A DNA stretch of 64,000 bases from an uncultured Acidobacteriota bacterium (GCA_963700145.1 OY969474.1:4128001-4192000), one strand, 5' to 3'; positions 1 through 10,569 are shown, numbered from the stretch's first letter. Program-made: numbers and translations. The notes: generated by a model from the sequence alone, not told the origin.

Positions 1-1077
1 GAGGCAGCCGGCGACGACTTCGTCGGCGGGGTCGATCTCCAGCTTCCCGTCGCGCAGGAGGAGTTGGAAGAGGGCCTGGACGTTGCGCGCGTAGAGCGTG
101 CTCGCGTGGTGCGGCACGGTGGCGGCGAGGTTCGATGGCGCCAGCACCAAGACGCCGCCGTGGACGACCTCGCGGTCGGCCTCCGACAGCTCGCAGTTGC
201 CGCCCTGCTCGATCGCCAGGTCGACGACCACCGACCCCGGCCGCATCGCCTCGACCATCGCGGCGGTGACCAGCCGCGGCGCCGGGCGCCCGGGCACCAG
301 GGCGGTGGTGACGACCGCGTCGGCGGCGGCCACCCGCTCGGCCACGATCTGCCGCTGCCGCGCCAGGAACTCCTCACCCATCTCGCGCGCGTAGCCGCCG
401 GCGCCTTCGCCGCTCTCGGCCTGCGGCAGCTCGATGAAGCGGCCGCCGAGCGACTCGACCTGCTCCTTGACCGCGGCACGCACGTCGGAGACCTCGACCA
501 CCGCGCCGAGCCGGCGCGCCGTGGCGATCGCCTGCAGGCCGGCCACCCCCGCCCCCATCACCACCACCCGCGCCGGCGGGATGGTGCCGGCGGCGGTCAT
601 CATCAGCGGGAAGTAGCGCGGCAGGCGGGCGGCGGCGAGGAGCGCCGCCTTGTAGCCGGCGATCGAGGCCTGGGAGGAGAGGGCGTCCATCGGCTGGGCG
701 CGGGTGATGCGGGGCACCAGCTCCATGGCGAGGGCGGTGACGCCGCCGGCGGCGAGGCGCTCGACCGTCTCGCGCTCGCGGTAGGGGGCGAGGAAGCCGA
801 CGACGACCGCCCCCGAGCGCAGCGCGGCGGCCTCCTCGGCGGTGAGCGGCGCGACCTTGAGGACCGCGTCGGCGCTCCGCCAGGCGCCGGCGGCGTCGCG
901 CTCGAGGCGCGCGCCCGCCGCCTCGTAGGCCGCGTCGGCGAAGTACGCAGCCTCGCCGGCCCCGGCCTCCACCGCGACCTCCAGGCCGGCCGCCGTCAGG
1001 CGCTTCACGGTCTCGGGAGTGGCGGCGACCCGCTTCTCCCCCGGCCGGCTCTCCTTCGGCACGAAGACCTTGGCCAT
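1..1077 (-). CDS. pntA: NAD(P) transhydrogenase subunit alpha (runs off left edge)
   Basis: ATG at 1077 reads MAKVFVPKESRPGEKRVAATPETVKR; contains RAQPMDALSSQASIAGY and GAGVAGLQAIATARRLGA motifs. Confidence 0.93.
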   Translation of the reverse strand, partial: MAKVFVPKESRPGEKRVAATPETVKRLTAAGLEVAVEAGAGEAAYFADAAYEAAGARLERDAAGAWRSADAVLKVAPLTAEEAAALRSGAVVVGFLAPYRERETVERLAAGGVTALAMELVPRITRAQPMDALSSQASIAGYKAALLAAARLPRYFPLMMTAAGTIPPARVVVMGAGVAGLQAIATARRLGAVVEVSDVRAAVKEQVESLGGRFIELPQAESGEGAGGYAREMGEEFLARQRQIVAERVAAADAVVTTALVPGRPAPRLVTAAMVEAMRPGSVVVDLAIEQGGNCELSEADREVVHGGVLVLAPSNLAATVPHHASTLYARNVQALFQLLLRDGKLEIDPADEVVAGCL

Positions 1078-1089
1078 CTCCCCTCCCGC

Positions 1090-2139
1090 TCAGCGGCGCG
1101 CCGCCGTCTCCTCTTCCTTCTTTTCCTTCTTTTCCTTCGCCTTCTCCTCGCGCAGCATGTGCGCCGCCTCGGAGTGCTCGAAGTCGCCCACCGTCTGCTC
1201 GGTCGGGTCGGGGATCGACTCGGGCGGCGCCGGCCGGGCGAGCGAGACGAGGACCGAGACCAGCAGGATCCCCAGCACCACGCCGAGCGACAGCAGGTTC
1301 GGGATCTCGAGCCAGTCGTGGATCACCATCTTGACGCCGATGAACATCAGCACCAGTCCGAGGCCGTAGGAGAGGTAGCGGAACTTGTGCATCAGCCCGG
1401 CGAGCAGGAAGTAGAGGGCGCGCAGGCCGAGGATGGCGAAGATGTTCGAGGTGAAGACGATGAAGGGGTCGCGGGTGACGCCGAAGACGGCGGGGATCGA
1501 GTCGACGGCGAAGACCACGTCGGTGGCCTCGACGACGATCAGCACCAGCATCAGCGGCGTGGCGAAGAGCTTCCCCCCCTCGCGCACGAAGAAGTCCTTG
1601 CCGGAGTAGTGCGAGGTCAGCGGCACGAAGCGCTGGAAGAGCTTGACCGCGGGGTTCTTCTCCGGGTGGACCTCGGTCTCGTGCCCGCGCAGCACCTTCC
1701 AGCCCGTCCAGACGAGGAAGACGCCGAAGACCAGGATGATCCACTCGAAGCGCTCGAGGAGAGCGACGCCCAAGGCGATGAAGATGCCGCGGGAGATGAG
1801 CGCCCCGAGGATGCCCCAGAAGAGGACGCGGTGCTGGAACTCCGCCGGCACCGCGAAGTAGTTGAAGATGACGATGAAGACGAAGATGTTGTCGAAGGAG
1901 AGCGAGCGCTCGATGACGTAGCCGAGCAGGAACTCGAGCCCCGGCGTGCCGCCGTACTCGAAGTAGATCCAGCCGTTGAAGACGAAGGCGAGGAGGGTCC
2001 AGACGATGCTCCAGAAGACCGCCTCGCGCAAGCCGATGCGGTGGCTCTTGCGGTGGAAGACGCCCAGGTCGAGCGCCAGCATGACGAAGACGAACCCCAG
2101 GAAGAGGAACCACTGCAGAGGGGAGCCGAGGTCGCGCAT
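1090..2139 (-). CDS. TerC/Alx family membrane protein
   Basis: ERSLSFDNIFVF, QHRVLFWGILGA, DVVFAVDSIPA, FTSNIFAILGLRALYF motifs. Confidence 0.93.
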   Translation of the reverse strand: MRDLGSPLQWFLFLGFVFVMLALDLGVFHRKSHRIGLREAVFWSIVWTLLAFVFNGWIYFEYGGTPGLEFLLGYVIERSLSFDNIFVFIVIFNYFAVPAEFQHRVLFWGILGALISRGIFIALGVALLERFEWIILVFGVFLVWTGWKVLRGHETEVHPEKNPAVKLFQRFVPLTSHYSGKDFFVREGGKLFATPLMLVLIVVEATDVVFAVDSIPAVFGVTRDPFIVFTSNIFAILGLRALYFLLAGLMHKFRYLSYGLGLVLMFIGVKMVIHDWLEIPNLLSLGVVLGILLVSVLVSLARPAPPESIPDPTEQTVGDFEHSEAAHMLREEKAKEKKEKKEEETAARR

Positions 2140-2222
2140 GGAGGAAGGAAGACGGTCCGCGCCGGCCGCCGCCGGCGGCGCGGCGCGGAGTCTAGCAGGG
2201 GGTCTGTTGCTCTACGGCTGGA

Positions 2223-2501
2223 TCAGCTCTGCTTCAGGTGGTTGTTCACCAGGCGGGTCATCTCGAACATGCTGACCGTGTCCTTGCCGCCGAAGATGGG
2301 ACGCAGCTTGTCGTCGGCGCGGATCATCTGCTTGTTCGCCGGGTCCTGGAGGTTGTTCTTCTTGATGTAGTCCCAGATCTTCTTGGTCACCTCGGTGCGC
2401 GGCAGCGGCTCGCTGCCCACCACGGCGGCGAGCGCGTCGTCCGGCTGCAGCGGCTTCATGAACTGCGGGTTGCTCCTCCCCTGCGGTTTCTTGTTCGCCA
2501 T
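2223..2501 (-). CDS. Stand-alone SWIB/MDM2 domain protein
   Basis: FMKPLQPDDALAAVVG..PRTEVTKKIWDYIKKNNLQDPANK..VSMFEMTRLV; ATG at 2501 preceded by GGAGGA. Confidence 0.9.
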   Translation of the reverse strand: MANKKPQGRSNPQFMKPLQPDDALAAVVGSEPLPRTEVTKKIWDYIKKNNLQDPANKQMIRADDKLRPIFGGKDTVSMFEMTRLVNNHLKQS

Positions 2502-2630
2502 GAGTCCTCCTGTCCTCCAAGGTAGCGGTCTGGCTGCGTTGGGGACGCGCGGTCCGCGCGCGCCATCCCGAGAAGATGCAATTTCCCGGCCCGTCCGGGA
2601 GCCGATGAGGCCAATGTTATCGTCTTCGCG

Positions 2631-3272
2631 ATGCCGCCGCTCTTCGTCACCTTCGAGGGCATCGACGGCAGCGGCAAATCGACCCACCTCAAGCGCGCCG
2701 CGGCGCGTCTGGAGTCCCTCGGGGTGCCCCTCCGCGTCACCCACGAGCCCGGCGGCACGCCGCTCGGCGACGCGGTGCGCCGCGTCTTCCTCGACCCGCG
2801 GCTCGGTACGGTCGACGGCCGGGTCGAGCTGCTGCTGGTCTTCGCCTGCCGCCGCCAGCACCTCGAGGAGGTGATCGAGCCGGCCCTCGCCGCCGGCCGC
2901 CACGTCCTCTGCGATCGTTTCACCGACTCGACGCGAGCCTACCAGGGCTACGGCCGCGGCGTGCCGCTGCCGCTGATCGACGAGGTGGACCGCCTGGCCA
3001 CCGGCGGCCGCGTCCCCGACCGCACCCTCCTCTTCGACCTCGACCCCGAGGCGGCGCAGGCGCGCGGCCAAGCGCCGGGACGGAGCGGCGGCGTCGATCG
3101 GCTCGACGGCGAGGCGCTCGATTTCTACCGCCGCGTACGGGAAGGGTATCGCGAAATCGCCGCCCGCGAGCCGGGGCGGTTCCGGGTCATCGACTCGGCG
3201 CGCGAAACGGCGGCGACGGCGGCCGCGGTGGACGCGGCGCTCGCCGAGCTGCTGGCGGGGAAGGGGACGTGA
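2631..3272 (+). CDS. tmk: Thymidylate kinase
   Basis: FVTFEGIDGSGKST P-loop, EPGGT, CDRFTDSTRAYQG. Confidence 0.95.
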   Translation: MPPLFVTFEGIDGSGKSTHLKRAAARLESLGVPLRVTHEPGGTPLGDAVRRVFLDPRLGTVDGRVELLLVFACRRQHLEEVIEPALAAGRHVLCDRFTDSTRAYQGYGRGVPLPLIDEVDRLATGGRVPDRTLLFDLDPEAAQARGQAPGRSGGVDRLDGEALDFYRRVREGYREIAAREPGRFRVIDSARETAATAAAVDAALAELLAGKGT

Positions 3273-4090
3273 TCCCGGCGCAGGTCCTCGAGTCGGCGCG
3301 CGCCGGCCGCCTCTACCCGGCGGTCATCCTGCACGGCGGCGAGGAGACGGCGCGCCGGGAGGCGGCGATCGAGCTGGCGCGCGCTCTCCTCTGCACGGCC
3401 GAGCCCGCGCTGCGCCCGTGCGGCGCCTGCCGCCACTGCCGGCGGATCGCCTGGCCCGGCGGCGCCGACGCCCCGTTCCATCCCGACGTGCAGGTGCTGG
3501 AGCGCGACCTCAAGACCGCGACCTCGGTCGACGCCACCAAGGAGCTGCTCCGGACCGCGCAGCTCTCGCCCTTCGAGGGGCGCGGCCAGGTCTTCGTCCT
3601 GGCGAGCGCCGAGAGCCTGACCGGCGAGGCCGCCAACGCCCTGCTCAAGATGCTCGAGGAGCCGCCGGCGAGCGCGCCGCGCCACTTCCTCCTCCTGGCG
3701 CCGTCGCGTCTCGACCTGCTGCCGACGTTGCGCAGCCGGTCGCTGTCGGTCTTCCTGGGCGGTGCCGAGGCGGCCGACGCGGCAGCGGTCGCCGGCGCGG
3801 CGCGCGCCTTCGCGGCGGCGGTCGCGGCATGGACCGCGAGCGGCGCGCCGGTCTACCTGCTGGCCGCGGCCGAGGCCCTCCTCGGCGACCCCAAGGCCTG
3901 GGAAGATCCGCGCGCCGGCCGCCCCTGGGCCAACGCCGCCGCCGCGGTCCTCGCCGCGGCCGAGGAGGCGGGGGAGCGCCGCCGGCTCCTGGCCCTCGCC
4001 GAGGCGCTCCTCGAAGCCGCCCCCTGGCGCCTCCGCGGCATCCCGCCGGAGCGCATTCTCGAGGGGCTCGTGGCGCGCCATCTGGGCTGA
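3269..4090 (+). CDS. holB: DNA polymerase III subunit delta' (short)
   Basis: PCGACRHC zinc motif, HPDV, AANALLKMLEEPP, LLPTLRSRS; follows tmk. Confidence 0.88.
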   Translation: MIPAQVLESARAGRLYPAVILHGGEETARREAAIELARALLCTAEPALRPCGACRHCRRIAWPGGADAPFHPDVQVLERDLKTATSVDATKELLRTAQLSPFEGRGQVFVLASAESLTGEAANALLKMLEEPPASAPRHFLLLAPSRLDLLPTLRSRSLSVFLGGAEAADAAAVAGAARAFAAAVAAWTASGAPVYLLAAAEALLGDPKAWEDPRAGRPWANAAAAVLAAAEEAGERRRLLALAEALLEAAPWRLRGIPPERILEGLVARHLG

Positions 4091-4186
4091 GCCCCGCCTC
4101 GCGGATGTGCTAAACTCCGCGTTCCGTTTTCGCCGCCCGCACGGGTGCCGCACCGATCCCACTGATAGGACGCAAGGAGTTCGACG

Positions 4187-5302
4187 ATGAGCGTATTCGA
4201 CCGTACCCCCCGCGCCGCGCGGCTGGCCGCCGCCCTGACGGCCCTGCTCGCGCTGGGCGCCTGGCTTCCCGCCTGCGCGGCGGCGGAGCCGCAGCAGGCT
4301 GCCGGCGCCGCCGAGGAGGCTAGCGACCCCAACCGGGTGCTCGCGACCATCGACGGCCAGCCGGTGACCGAGGCCCAGGTTCGCCAGGAGGCGGCCGACA
4401 ACTTCAAGATGCTGGAGAACCAGCTCGCGCAATGCCAGGCCCAGTACGAGAAGGGCAAGCACGAGGTCCTCGAGTCGAGCCTCGAGCAGGTCATCCAGAA
4501 CCGGATGATCGACGCGGCGGCCAAGGCCAAGGGGGTGTCCAAGGAGGACTACCTCAAGACCGAGGGGGCGGTGGTCGAGGTGACCGACGCCGACGCCGAC
4601 AAGTTCTACGAGGAGAACAAGGCCCGCATCCCCCGGCCGAAGGACGCGCAGCTCGTCGGGCAGATCAAGCAGTATCTGACCGCGCAGCGCCAGCAGGAGG
4701 CGCGCGAGAAGCTGCTCGCCCAGCTCGCCTCCCAGCACGAGGTCAGCTACAAGATCGAGCCGCGGCGCGTCGAGGTGACGGCGGTCGGTCCGGCCAAGGG
4801 GCCGGAGTCGGCGCCGGTGACGATCGTCGAGTTCTCCGATTTCGACTGCCCCTACTGCGCGCGCCTGGCGCCGACGCTCGACCAGGTGGTCGCCAAGTAC
4901 GGCGACAAGGTGCGCCTGGTGTTCCGCCAGTTCCCGCTCGACATGCACCCCAACGCCCGCAAGGCCGCCGAAGCGGCGCTCTGCGCCAACGACCAGGGCA
5001 AGTTCTGGCAGATGCACGACGCCATGTTCCAGAACACGGGGAAGAACGCGGTCGACACCCTCAAGGCCAAGGCCGCCGAGCTGGGGCTCAACGGCGAGAC
5101 GTTCAACGCCTGCCTCGACTCCGGCAAGCACGGCGAGCAGGTGACCACCGACCTGCAGGCCGGCTCGCAGGCCGGCGTCTCCGGCACCCCGGCTCTCTTC
5201 GTCAACGGTCGCTTCATCAACGGCGCGGTGCCGTTCGAGGAGATCGCCAAGGTCATCGACGACGAGCTCAAGCGCAAGGGCGTCAACACCGCCTCGAAGT
5301 AG
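4187..5302 (+). CDS. DsbA-family thioredoxin-fold protein with N-terminal SurA-like helical domain
   Basis: Signal peptide; EFSDFDCPYC active site; GVSGTPALFVNG. Confidence 0.9.
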   Translation: MSVFDRTPRAARLAAALTALLALGAWLPACAAAEPQQAAGAAEEASDPNRVLATIDGQPVTEAQVRQEAADNFKMLENQLAQCQAQYEKGKHEVLESSLEQVIQNRMIDAAAKAKGVSKEDYLKTEGAVVEVTDADADKFYEENKARIPRPKDAQLVGQIKQYLTAQRQQEAREKLLAQLASQHEVSYKIEPRRVEVTAVGPAKGPESAPVTIVEFSDFDCPYCARLAPTLDQVVAKYGDKVRLVFRQFPLDMHPNARKAAEAALCANDQGKFWQMHDAMFQNTGKNAVDTLKAKAAELGLNGETFNACLDSGKHGEQVTTDLQAGSQAGVSGTPALFVNGRFINGAVPFEEIAKVIDDELKRKGVNTASK

Positions 5303-5325
5303 CGCCCGGCCTACGTGCCGGGCGT
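5299..5325 (+). repeat. GTAG-type REP element (copy 1)
   Basis: GTAG + CGCCCGGC-ctacgt-GCCGGGCG hairpin; identical 27-mer at 54046-54072. Confidence 0.75.
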
Positions 5326-5385
5326 TTCCCCGGCTGCGAACCCAAGGGGGCCGCCCCGGCGGCCCCTGCTTCCCTCTTCCTCCCC

Positions 5386-6852
5386 TTGCCCGGCGACCTC
5401 CCTCCCGACCAGTTCCGTAGCGCGATGCACCGGGTGGCCGACCTGGCCGCCGACTACCTGCAGCGGGTGGAGGAGTACCCGGTGCTGCCGCGCCTCGAGC
5501 CCGGCGCGGTGGCGGCGGCGCTGCCGGAGTCGCCGCCCGCCGCGGCCGAGCCGCTCGAGCGCGTCCTCGACGACTATCGCCGTCTCATCGAGCCGGCGTG
5601 CACCCACTGGAACCACCCCGGCTTCCTCGCCTACTTCGCGATCACCGGCTCCGGCCCCGGCATCCTCGGCGAGACGCTGGCCGCGGCGCTCAACGTCAAC
5701 GCCATGCTCTGGAAGTCCGGGCCGGCGGCGACCGAGCTCGAGGAGCGGGTCTGCGACTGGTTGCGCCAGATGCTGGGGCTGCCGGCGGGGTTCCACGGCC
5801 ACATCAACGACACCGCCTCGACCAGCACGCTGGTGGCCCTCGCCGCGGCGCGCCACCGCGCGGCCGCCGCGACGGGCGAGCCGCTCGACGTCCGCGGCCG
5901 CGGGCTCGCCGGCCGGCCGGAGGTGCCGCCGCTCGCCGTCTACGCCAGCGACCAGGCGCACTCCTCGGTGGACAAGGCGGTGATCCTCCTCGGGCTCGGG
6001 CACGAGAACCTGCGCCGCGTGCCGGTGGACAACGCGTTCCGCATGGACCCGGCGGCGCTCGCCGCGATGGTGGCGCGCGACCGGGCCGCGGGGCGGCTGC
6101 CGATCGCGGTGGTGGCGACCGCCGGCACCACCTCCTCGACCAGCGTCGATCCGATCGCCGCGGTCGCCGCGGTCTGCCGGCGCGAGGGGCTCTGGCTGCA
6201 CGTCGACGCCGCCTACGCCGGCAGCGCCGCGGTCTGCCCCGAGCTGCGCCCCCTCTTCGCCGGCTGGGAGCGGGCGGACTCGATCGTCGTCAACCCCCAC
6301 AAGTGGCTGTTCACGCCAGTGGATTGCTCGGTGCTCCTGGTACGCGAGCCGGCGGCGCTCAAGGCCGCCTTCTCGCTGGTGCCGGAGTACCTGCGCACGG
6401 AGGAGAGCGGCGTCACCAACCTGATGGACCTCGGACCGCAGCTCGGCCGGCGCTTCCGCGCGCTCAAGCTGTGGATGGTGATCCGCGCCTTCGGGGTGGA
6501 GGGGCTGGCAGAGCGCATCCGCGCGCATTGCGAGCTGGCGCGCCGGTTGGCCGGCTGGATCGCGGCCGAGCCGGGGTGGGAGCTGTCGGCGCCGGTGCCC
6601 TTCTCGACCGTCTGCTTCCGCGCCCTGACCGGCGGCGCGCCGGCGGACGAGGACCGCTTCAACGAGCGGCTCCTCGCCCGCGTCAACGCCGCCGGGCCGG
6701 TCTTCCTCTCGCACACCGCGCTCGCCGGCCGCACCGTGCTGCGCGTCGCCATCGGCAACCTGCGCACCGAGGAGGAGCACGTCGCCACCGCCTGGCGGCT
6801 GCTGCGCGAGGGGGCGGTGGCGCTGCGCGACGAAGCCGGGCCCAGCGCGTGA
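5386..6852 (+). CDS. PLP-dependent aromatic-L-amino-acid decarboxylase family protein (start uncertain: TTG 5386 or ATG 5425)
   Basis: THWNHPGFLAYF, AHSSVDKA, WLHVDAAYAG, NPHKWLF (PLP lysine), RRFRALKLW. Confidence 0.92.
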   Translation: MPGDLPPDQFRSAMHRVADLAADYLQRVEEYPVLPRLEPGAVAAALPESPPAAAEPLERVLDDYRRLIEPACTHWNHPGFLAYFAITGSGPGILGETLAAALNVNAMLWKSGPAATELEERVCDWLRQMLGLPAGFHGHINDTASTSTLVALAAARHRAAAATGEPLDVRGRGLAGRPEVPPLAVYASDQAHSSVDKAVILLGLGHENLRRVPVDNAFRMDPAALAAMVARDRAAGRLPIAVVATAGTTSSTSVDPIAAVAAVCRREGLWLHVDAAYAGSAAVCPELRPLFAGWERADSIVVNPHKWLFTPVDCSVLLVREPAALKAAFSLVPEYLRTEESGVTNLMDLGPQLGRRFRALKLWMVIRAFGVEGLAERIRAHCELARRLAGWIAAEPGWELSAPVPFSTVCFRALTGGAPADEDRFNERLLARVNAAGPVFLSHTALAGRTVLRVAIGNLRTEEEHVATAWRLLREGAVALRDEAGPSA

Positions 6853-6896
6853 GCGGCTGCGGCCGGCTGGTGTAGCAATCGTGCTACGCTCTCTTT

Positions 6897-7160
6897 GTGA
6901 AGACCATCGCTCAGCGCGAGCTGCGGAACCGCAGCGGCGAGGTGCTGCGGGAGGTGGAGCGGGGCGAGCAGTTCCTCGTGACCGTCGGCGGCCGACCGGT
7001 GGCGCAGCTCGGGCCCTATCAGCGGCGGCGGTGGGTGCCCAGAGCGGAGGTGGTGGCCCTGCTGCGCGCCGGCGCTCCGGATCCGACCTTCTTCCAGGAC
7101 ATCGCCGAGGTCGGGGGCACCGCGGACCAGCTCGTCGACCCCTGGGAACGGCGCCGGTGA
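6897..7160 (+). CDS. Phd/YefM-family antitoxin
   Basis: MKTIAQRELRNRSGEVLREVERGEQFLVTVGGRPVAQL. Confidence 0.88.
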   Translation: MKTIAQRELRNRSGEVLREVERGEQFLVTVGGRPVAQLGPYQRRRWVPRAEVVALLRAGAPDPTFFQDIAEVGGTADQLVDPWERRR

Positions 7161-7326
7161 GCCGAGGCCTGCTCGACACCTCCGTGCTCATCGACGCCAG
7201 CCCCGCGCACGAATCATGGACCTGTGGATCGCCGCGACCGCGCTCACCCACGGCCTGCCGCTCTACACCCGCAAGCTCGACGATTTCGCGGCGCTCAGCG
7301 AGCTCGTCGAGGTGCGCCCGGTCTGA
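7157..7326 (+). pseudogene. vapC: VapC/PIN toxin with internal deletion and frameshift
   Basis: GTGA overlap with antitoxin stop; N-terminal SRGLLDTSVLID joined out of frame to C-terminal MDLWIAATALTHGLPLYTRKLDDF; only 170 bp in total. Confidence 0.82.
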
Positions 7327-7402
7327 GCAGCCCGCCAGTCCGCGCCAAGTCGCTTCATAGCGAATCATCTATATTCGTTCACCTCTTTCATGGAGGTGCA
7401 CG

Positions 7403-10400
7403 ATGTCCAAGCCGTATGCCGTCACCGCGCTGGCCTTCGCGGCCATCGTCGTGGCAGGGACCGGAGCGGTCCGCGCGGACCGCCCGGCGCCGTACCAGAT
7501 CCGCCTCCTGGCGGGGAGCTTTACGCCCCCGGCAGGAACTTCCCAGCCGGAGCAGAAGAAGCTCGCCCGTGCCGCCGCGACCGCCGCGGCGCAGGGCCAG
7601 GAGCGCGTCCACGTGCTCCTCCAGCTGCACGCCATCCCGTCCGCCGCGGAGAAGCACGGCCTGCGGCGCGACGGCATCGACCTCGGCGCCTACGTCCCGG
7701 ACCGCGCCTGGATCGCCGCGGTGCCGCCGGGGCTCCTCAACGCCATTTCCCACCGCCCCGACGTCCGCTTCGTCACCGCCTGGGACCCCGCCCGCAAGCT
7801 CCATCCGCGGGTGGCCGCCGGCAGCTGGGCCCCCTGGACCCGCGACCCCGAGCGGCCGGGCCTGGTGATGGCCTTCGTCCTCCTCCACCACGACGTGCCG
7901 CTCGAGGCCGCCGAGGCGGTGGCGGCGGCGGCGGGCGGCGTGGCGATGCCGCCGGTCGCCGGCCTCCACGGCGCGACCGTCTGGCTCCCCGAGACGCGGG
8001 TGGCCGAGCTCGCCGCCCGCGAGGAAGTGCTGTGGATCGAGGAGGGGCCGCCGCCCCTGACCCCGACCAACGACGGCGTCCGCGCCACGATGCGCGTGGA
8101 CCAGGTCAACAACCCGCCCTATAGCCTCGACGGCACCGGCGTCCGCCTCTTCGTCTTCGACGGCGGCACGGCGCGCGCCACCCATGAGACCTTCAACCCC
8201 GGGACCGGCAGTCGGGTGACGCTCCTCGACGCCGAGCCGTCCGCCGACCACCCGACCCACGTCGCCGGCACCGCGGCCGGCGACGGCAGCGGCAGCTCCG
8301 GCGGGCGCGGCCGCGGCGTCGCCCCCGGCGTCTCGATCCTCTCGGCCGGCTACGAGCAGACCCTCGGCACGATGCTCTTCTGGGACAACGCCGGCGACAT
8401 CGAGGACGACTACGATCTCGCCCGCAACACCCACGACGCCGACCTCGGCACCAACTCGATCGGCAGCAACACGGCCTCCAACGGCTACCCCTGCGAGCGC
8501 GAAGGGGACTACGGCGTCTCCGCGGCCCTGCTCGACGGCATCGTGCGCGGCGACAACGCCGCCGTCGGCAGCGCGGTCACGATGACCTGGGCCAACGGCA
8601 ACGAGCGCACCGGCGGCACGCCGCGCGGCCGCTGCGGCTCGAACTTCCACACCACCGCCGAGCCCTCCTGCGCCAAGAACCCGATCCACATCGGCGCCCT
8701 CAACTCCGACGGCTCGTCGATGACCTCCTTCAGCTCCTGGGGGCCGTGCGACGATGGGCGCATGAAGCCGGTGGTCTCGGCCCCCGGCTGCGAGAGCGGA
8801 CGGGTGACCGGCGAGACCGCCGTCTACTCCTCGTTCAACACCTCCAACTCCGCCTACGGCCTGTTCTGCGGCACCTCGATGTCCACCCCCGCGGTCGCCG
8901 GCCTCGTCAGCCTGCTGACCGAGGACTGGCGGACGGAGGGGCACGGCGGGGCGAACGACCGGCCGTTGCCGGCCCTGGTCAAGGCCTGGCTGGTGCACAC
9001 CGCCAAGGAGCTCGGCCACGACGGGCCCGACTACGTCCACGGCTACGGCGGCGTCGACGCGCAGGCGGCGGTGGACCTCCTGCGCGCCGGCACCGGCGCC
9101 CTGGGCGGCGCCGGGCCCGTCGTCTGGGGCACCGACGCGGTCAACGACACCGACGTGGACACCTACTCCTTCGACGTCCCCGCCGGCACCGCCGTGCTCA
9201 AGGCCACTCTGGCCTGGGACGACTTCGCGGCCGCCGCCTTCGCCGCCGTCGCACCGGTCAACGACCTGACCCTCGAGCTGGTGGCCCCGGACTCGACCGT
9301 CCACGAGGCCTGGGTGCTCGACCCGGGCAACCCCGAGCTGCCGGCCACGACCGGCGCCAACGACCTCGACAACCAGGAGCAGGTGCTGGTCGAGAACCCG
9401 GCGGAGGGGACCTGGACGGTGCGGGTGACCGGCACCGCGGTGCCCGAGGACCCGCAGGCCTACGCCCTGGTCTACACGACCGCGGCGGCGGAGTACGACC
9501 CGATCAACTGCGGCACCACGAGCTGGGGCTTCGAGAGCGGCAACGACGGCTGGACCCTGACCGGCGGCGCGGCGCGGGTGGCCGCCCCGGCGGCCGGGCA
9601 CGGCAGCTTCTCGATCCGGCTCGGCAGCACGATCAACTCCACGCACGAGGCGACGCGCGACGTCGCCATCCCCTCCGACGCCAAGAAGGCCGAGCTGACG
9701 TACTTCTGGTACATGACGACCAACGAGGGCAGCTCCGGCTTCGGCTGGGACTCCTTCCGCACCGAGATCCGCACCACCGCCGGGGTCGTCCTCGCGGTCC
9801 TCGACAACCGCAACGACGGCTGGCTGGAGGCGCTCTGGCAGCAGGCCGAGAACCTCGACCTGACGCCGTGGGCGGGGCAGACGGTGCGCATCGCCTTCCG
9901 CGCCGTCAACGACGTCTCGCTCTCCACCAGCTTCTGGGTGGACGACGTCGCGCTCGAGACCTGCACCACCGGCGAGCCCCAGCCGGTGACCGAGACCTTC
10001 ACCTCGGTGAGCACCCACGACGGCTACGTCGTCGAGTCCGGCGAGAACACCAACGTCGGCGGCAGCGCCGACAGCAACGACACCAACGCCAACGCCATCC
10101 GCGTCGGCGACACCAACCAGGACCGGCAGCAGAAGGGGGTCGTCTCCTTCGACACCTCGTCGCTCCCCGACGGCGCGACGATCCAGTCGGCCACCGTGCG
10201 CCTGCGGCGCGGCAGCCTGACGGGCACCAACCCCTTCAGCACCCACGGCAGCTGCCTGGCCGACATCGTCACCGGCGCCTTCGGCGGCTCGACGACGCTC
10301 GCGGCGGGCGACTTCCAGGCCGCGGCCACCGCCACCGGGGTGGCCACGATGACCAATCCCACGGTCAACGGCGCGCTCTCGGAAGGCGCCTTGAACGCTG

Positions 10401-10561
10401 CCGGTCTGGCGGCGATCAACAAGACCGGCACCACCCAGTTCCGCGTCTACTTCACGCTCGACGACAACGACGACACGGGTAACGACTACCTGGGCTTCTA
10501 CTCGGGCGACAACGGCACCGCGAGCAACCGGCCGGTGCTGGAAGTGACGTACCTGCCGTAG
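7403..10561 (+). CDS. Secreted S8 (subtilase) serine peptidase with C-terminal beta-sandwich domains
   Basis: Signal peptide; catalytic FDGG / HPTHVAGT / GTSMSTP; FSSWGP. Confidence 0.92.
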   Translation: MSKPYAVTALAFAAIVVAGTGAVRADRPAPYQIRLLAGSFTPPAGTSQPEQKKLARAAATAAAQGQERVHVLLQLHAIPSAAEKHGLRRDGIDLGAYVPDRAWIAAVPPGLLNAISHRPDVRFVTAWDPARKLHPRVAAGSWAPWTRDPERPGLVMAFVLLHHDVPLEAAEAVAAAAGGVAMPPVAGLHGATVWLPETRVAELAAREEVLWIEEGPPPLTPTNDGVRATMRVDQVNNPPYSLDGTGVRLFVFDGGTARATHETFNPGTGSRVTLLDAEPSADHPTHVAGTAAGDGSGSSGGRGRGVAPGVSILSAGYEQTLGTMLFWDNAGDIEDDYDLARNTHDADLGTNSIGSNTASNGYPCEREGDYGVSAALLDGIVRGDNAAVGSAVTMTWANGNERTGGTPRGRCGSNFHTTAEPSCAKNPIHIGALNSDGSSMTSFSSWGPCDDGRMKPVVSAPGCESGRVTGETAVYSSFNTSNSAYGLFCGTSMSTPAVAGLVSLLTEDWRTEGHGGANDRPLPALVKAWLVHTAKELGHDGPDYVHGYGGVDAQAAVDLLRAGTGALGGAGPVVWGTDAVNDTDVDTYSFDVPAGTAVLKATLAWDDFAAAAFAAVAPVNDLTLELVAPDSTVHEAWVLDPGNPELPATTGANDLDNQEQVLVENPAEGTWTVRVTGTAVPEDPQAYALVYTTAAAEYDPINCGTTSWGFESGNDGWTLTGGAARVAAPAAGHGSFSIRLGSTINSTHEATRDVAIPSDAKKAELTYFWYMTTNEGSSGFGWDSFRTEIRTTAGVVLAVLDNRNDGWLEALWQQAENLDLTPWAGQTVRIAFRAVNDVSLSTSFWVDDVALETCTTGEPQPVTETFTSVSTHDGYVVESGENTNVGGSADSNDTNANAIRVGDTNQDRQQKGVVSFDTSSLPDGATIQSATVRLRRGSLTGTNPFSTHGSCLADIVTGAFGGSTTLAAGDFQAAATATGVATMTNPTVNGALSEGALNAAGLAAINKTGTTQFRVYFTLDDNDDTGNDYLGFYSGDNGTASNRPVLEVTYLP

Positions 10562-10569
10562 CTGGACCT

